Positions 63,556 through 64,000 of a stretch of 64,000 nt of DNA are shown in pieces. The notes beneath the pieces are model-generated. The model was not told where the DNA came from. It was given only the letters and a program-made list of their open reading frames with translations, and did not search any database. The stretch spans positions 800,001 to 864,000 of the forward strand of contig CBDCOZ010000003.1 in assembly GCA_965220085.1 (NCBI GenBank), written 5' to 3'. Within the stretch, counting starts at the first letter, position 1. The number at the start of each line of letters is the position of its first letter. Position numbers and translations under genes: made by a program. Origin of the DNA: Candidatus Oxydemutatoraceae bacterium (lineage in GTDB: Bacteria > Pseudomonadota > Gammaproteobacteria > Poriferisulfidales > Oxydemutatoraceae).

Positions 63556-64000
63556 AACGCACCTCCGTCCGGTAGTCAGGCGGTGGCATTATACCGCATA
63601 TGGCAAGCCCGAAAATTGAAATTTTTGGCCGGCTTGCCATGCCATCCTGTTAAGTTATTCTTTATTCTGCCAATATTTTTTGACTTTCTTAAAGCAGTCC
63701 GCTCGCTCGTTATAGCAGAAATCGTCTTTGTCAGCGAACGCAAGATCAGCCATTGCGCGACGCGCAAATTGCGAAGGGCGCTCTTTCGATACATTGCCTA
63801 AAATCGCGCCAAAGTTTTCGGCGAGGATATTTTCTATTGCGTCGCCAACGGGCGCTAAGCATCGCTGTGGAAAATCCTGCTTTTTGACATCACAGAAGCC
63901 TCTCGTCGGACAGCGGCGCTGTATTCTTGTCGTCGGCCTTCCTATTCTTTCCATTGCCGTTTAATTTTCCATTGGGCGTGTTTCGTTCCCAAAAGGCGCC

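Noticed and set aside
63576-64000. ORFs at the window end, including a possible minus-strand gene end at 63890-64000
   Set aside because: No recognisable motifs and truncated by the window edge

Overview
GC-rich gammaproteobacterial chromosome segment, mostly core genes (galU, dxs-ispA-xseB, fdhD, erpA, anmK, tyrS, zapD-coaE-pilD-pilC-pilA, nadE, bamD, rluD-pgeF-clpB, nnr-tsaE-amiB, kdkA/waaA, tolC, thiC, btuB/btuF-like, slt, metY) plus a bufferin-type RiPP cluster (DUF2282-DUF692-DUF2063). No rRNA, tRNA, CRISPR array or transposase was recognised. Two unusual layers sit on this backbone. (1) A dispersed family of secreted modular Ig/cadherin-like proteins (1-2703, 34324-37435, 54856-56364, 59480-61145) whose intact members all end in the invariant peptide RLRLRLFLEGPLR-stop. 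The codons vary only synonymously, and the tail follows two different domain types. The family also shows orphan tail copies, a shared promoter block, poly-C slippage tracts (one ON, one apparently OFF), mosaic variable domains, and one broken member joined out of frame to a beta-barrel-like C-terminus. This looks like an uncharacterised C-terminal sorting/assembly signal on a phase-variable surface-protein repertoire. (2) Four separate 138-199 bp tandem duplications, each straddling the 3' ends of a convergent gene pair. All product calls come from motif recognition by eye; no database search was run.
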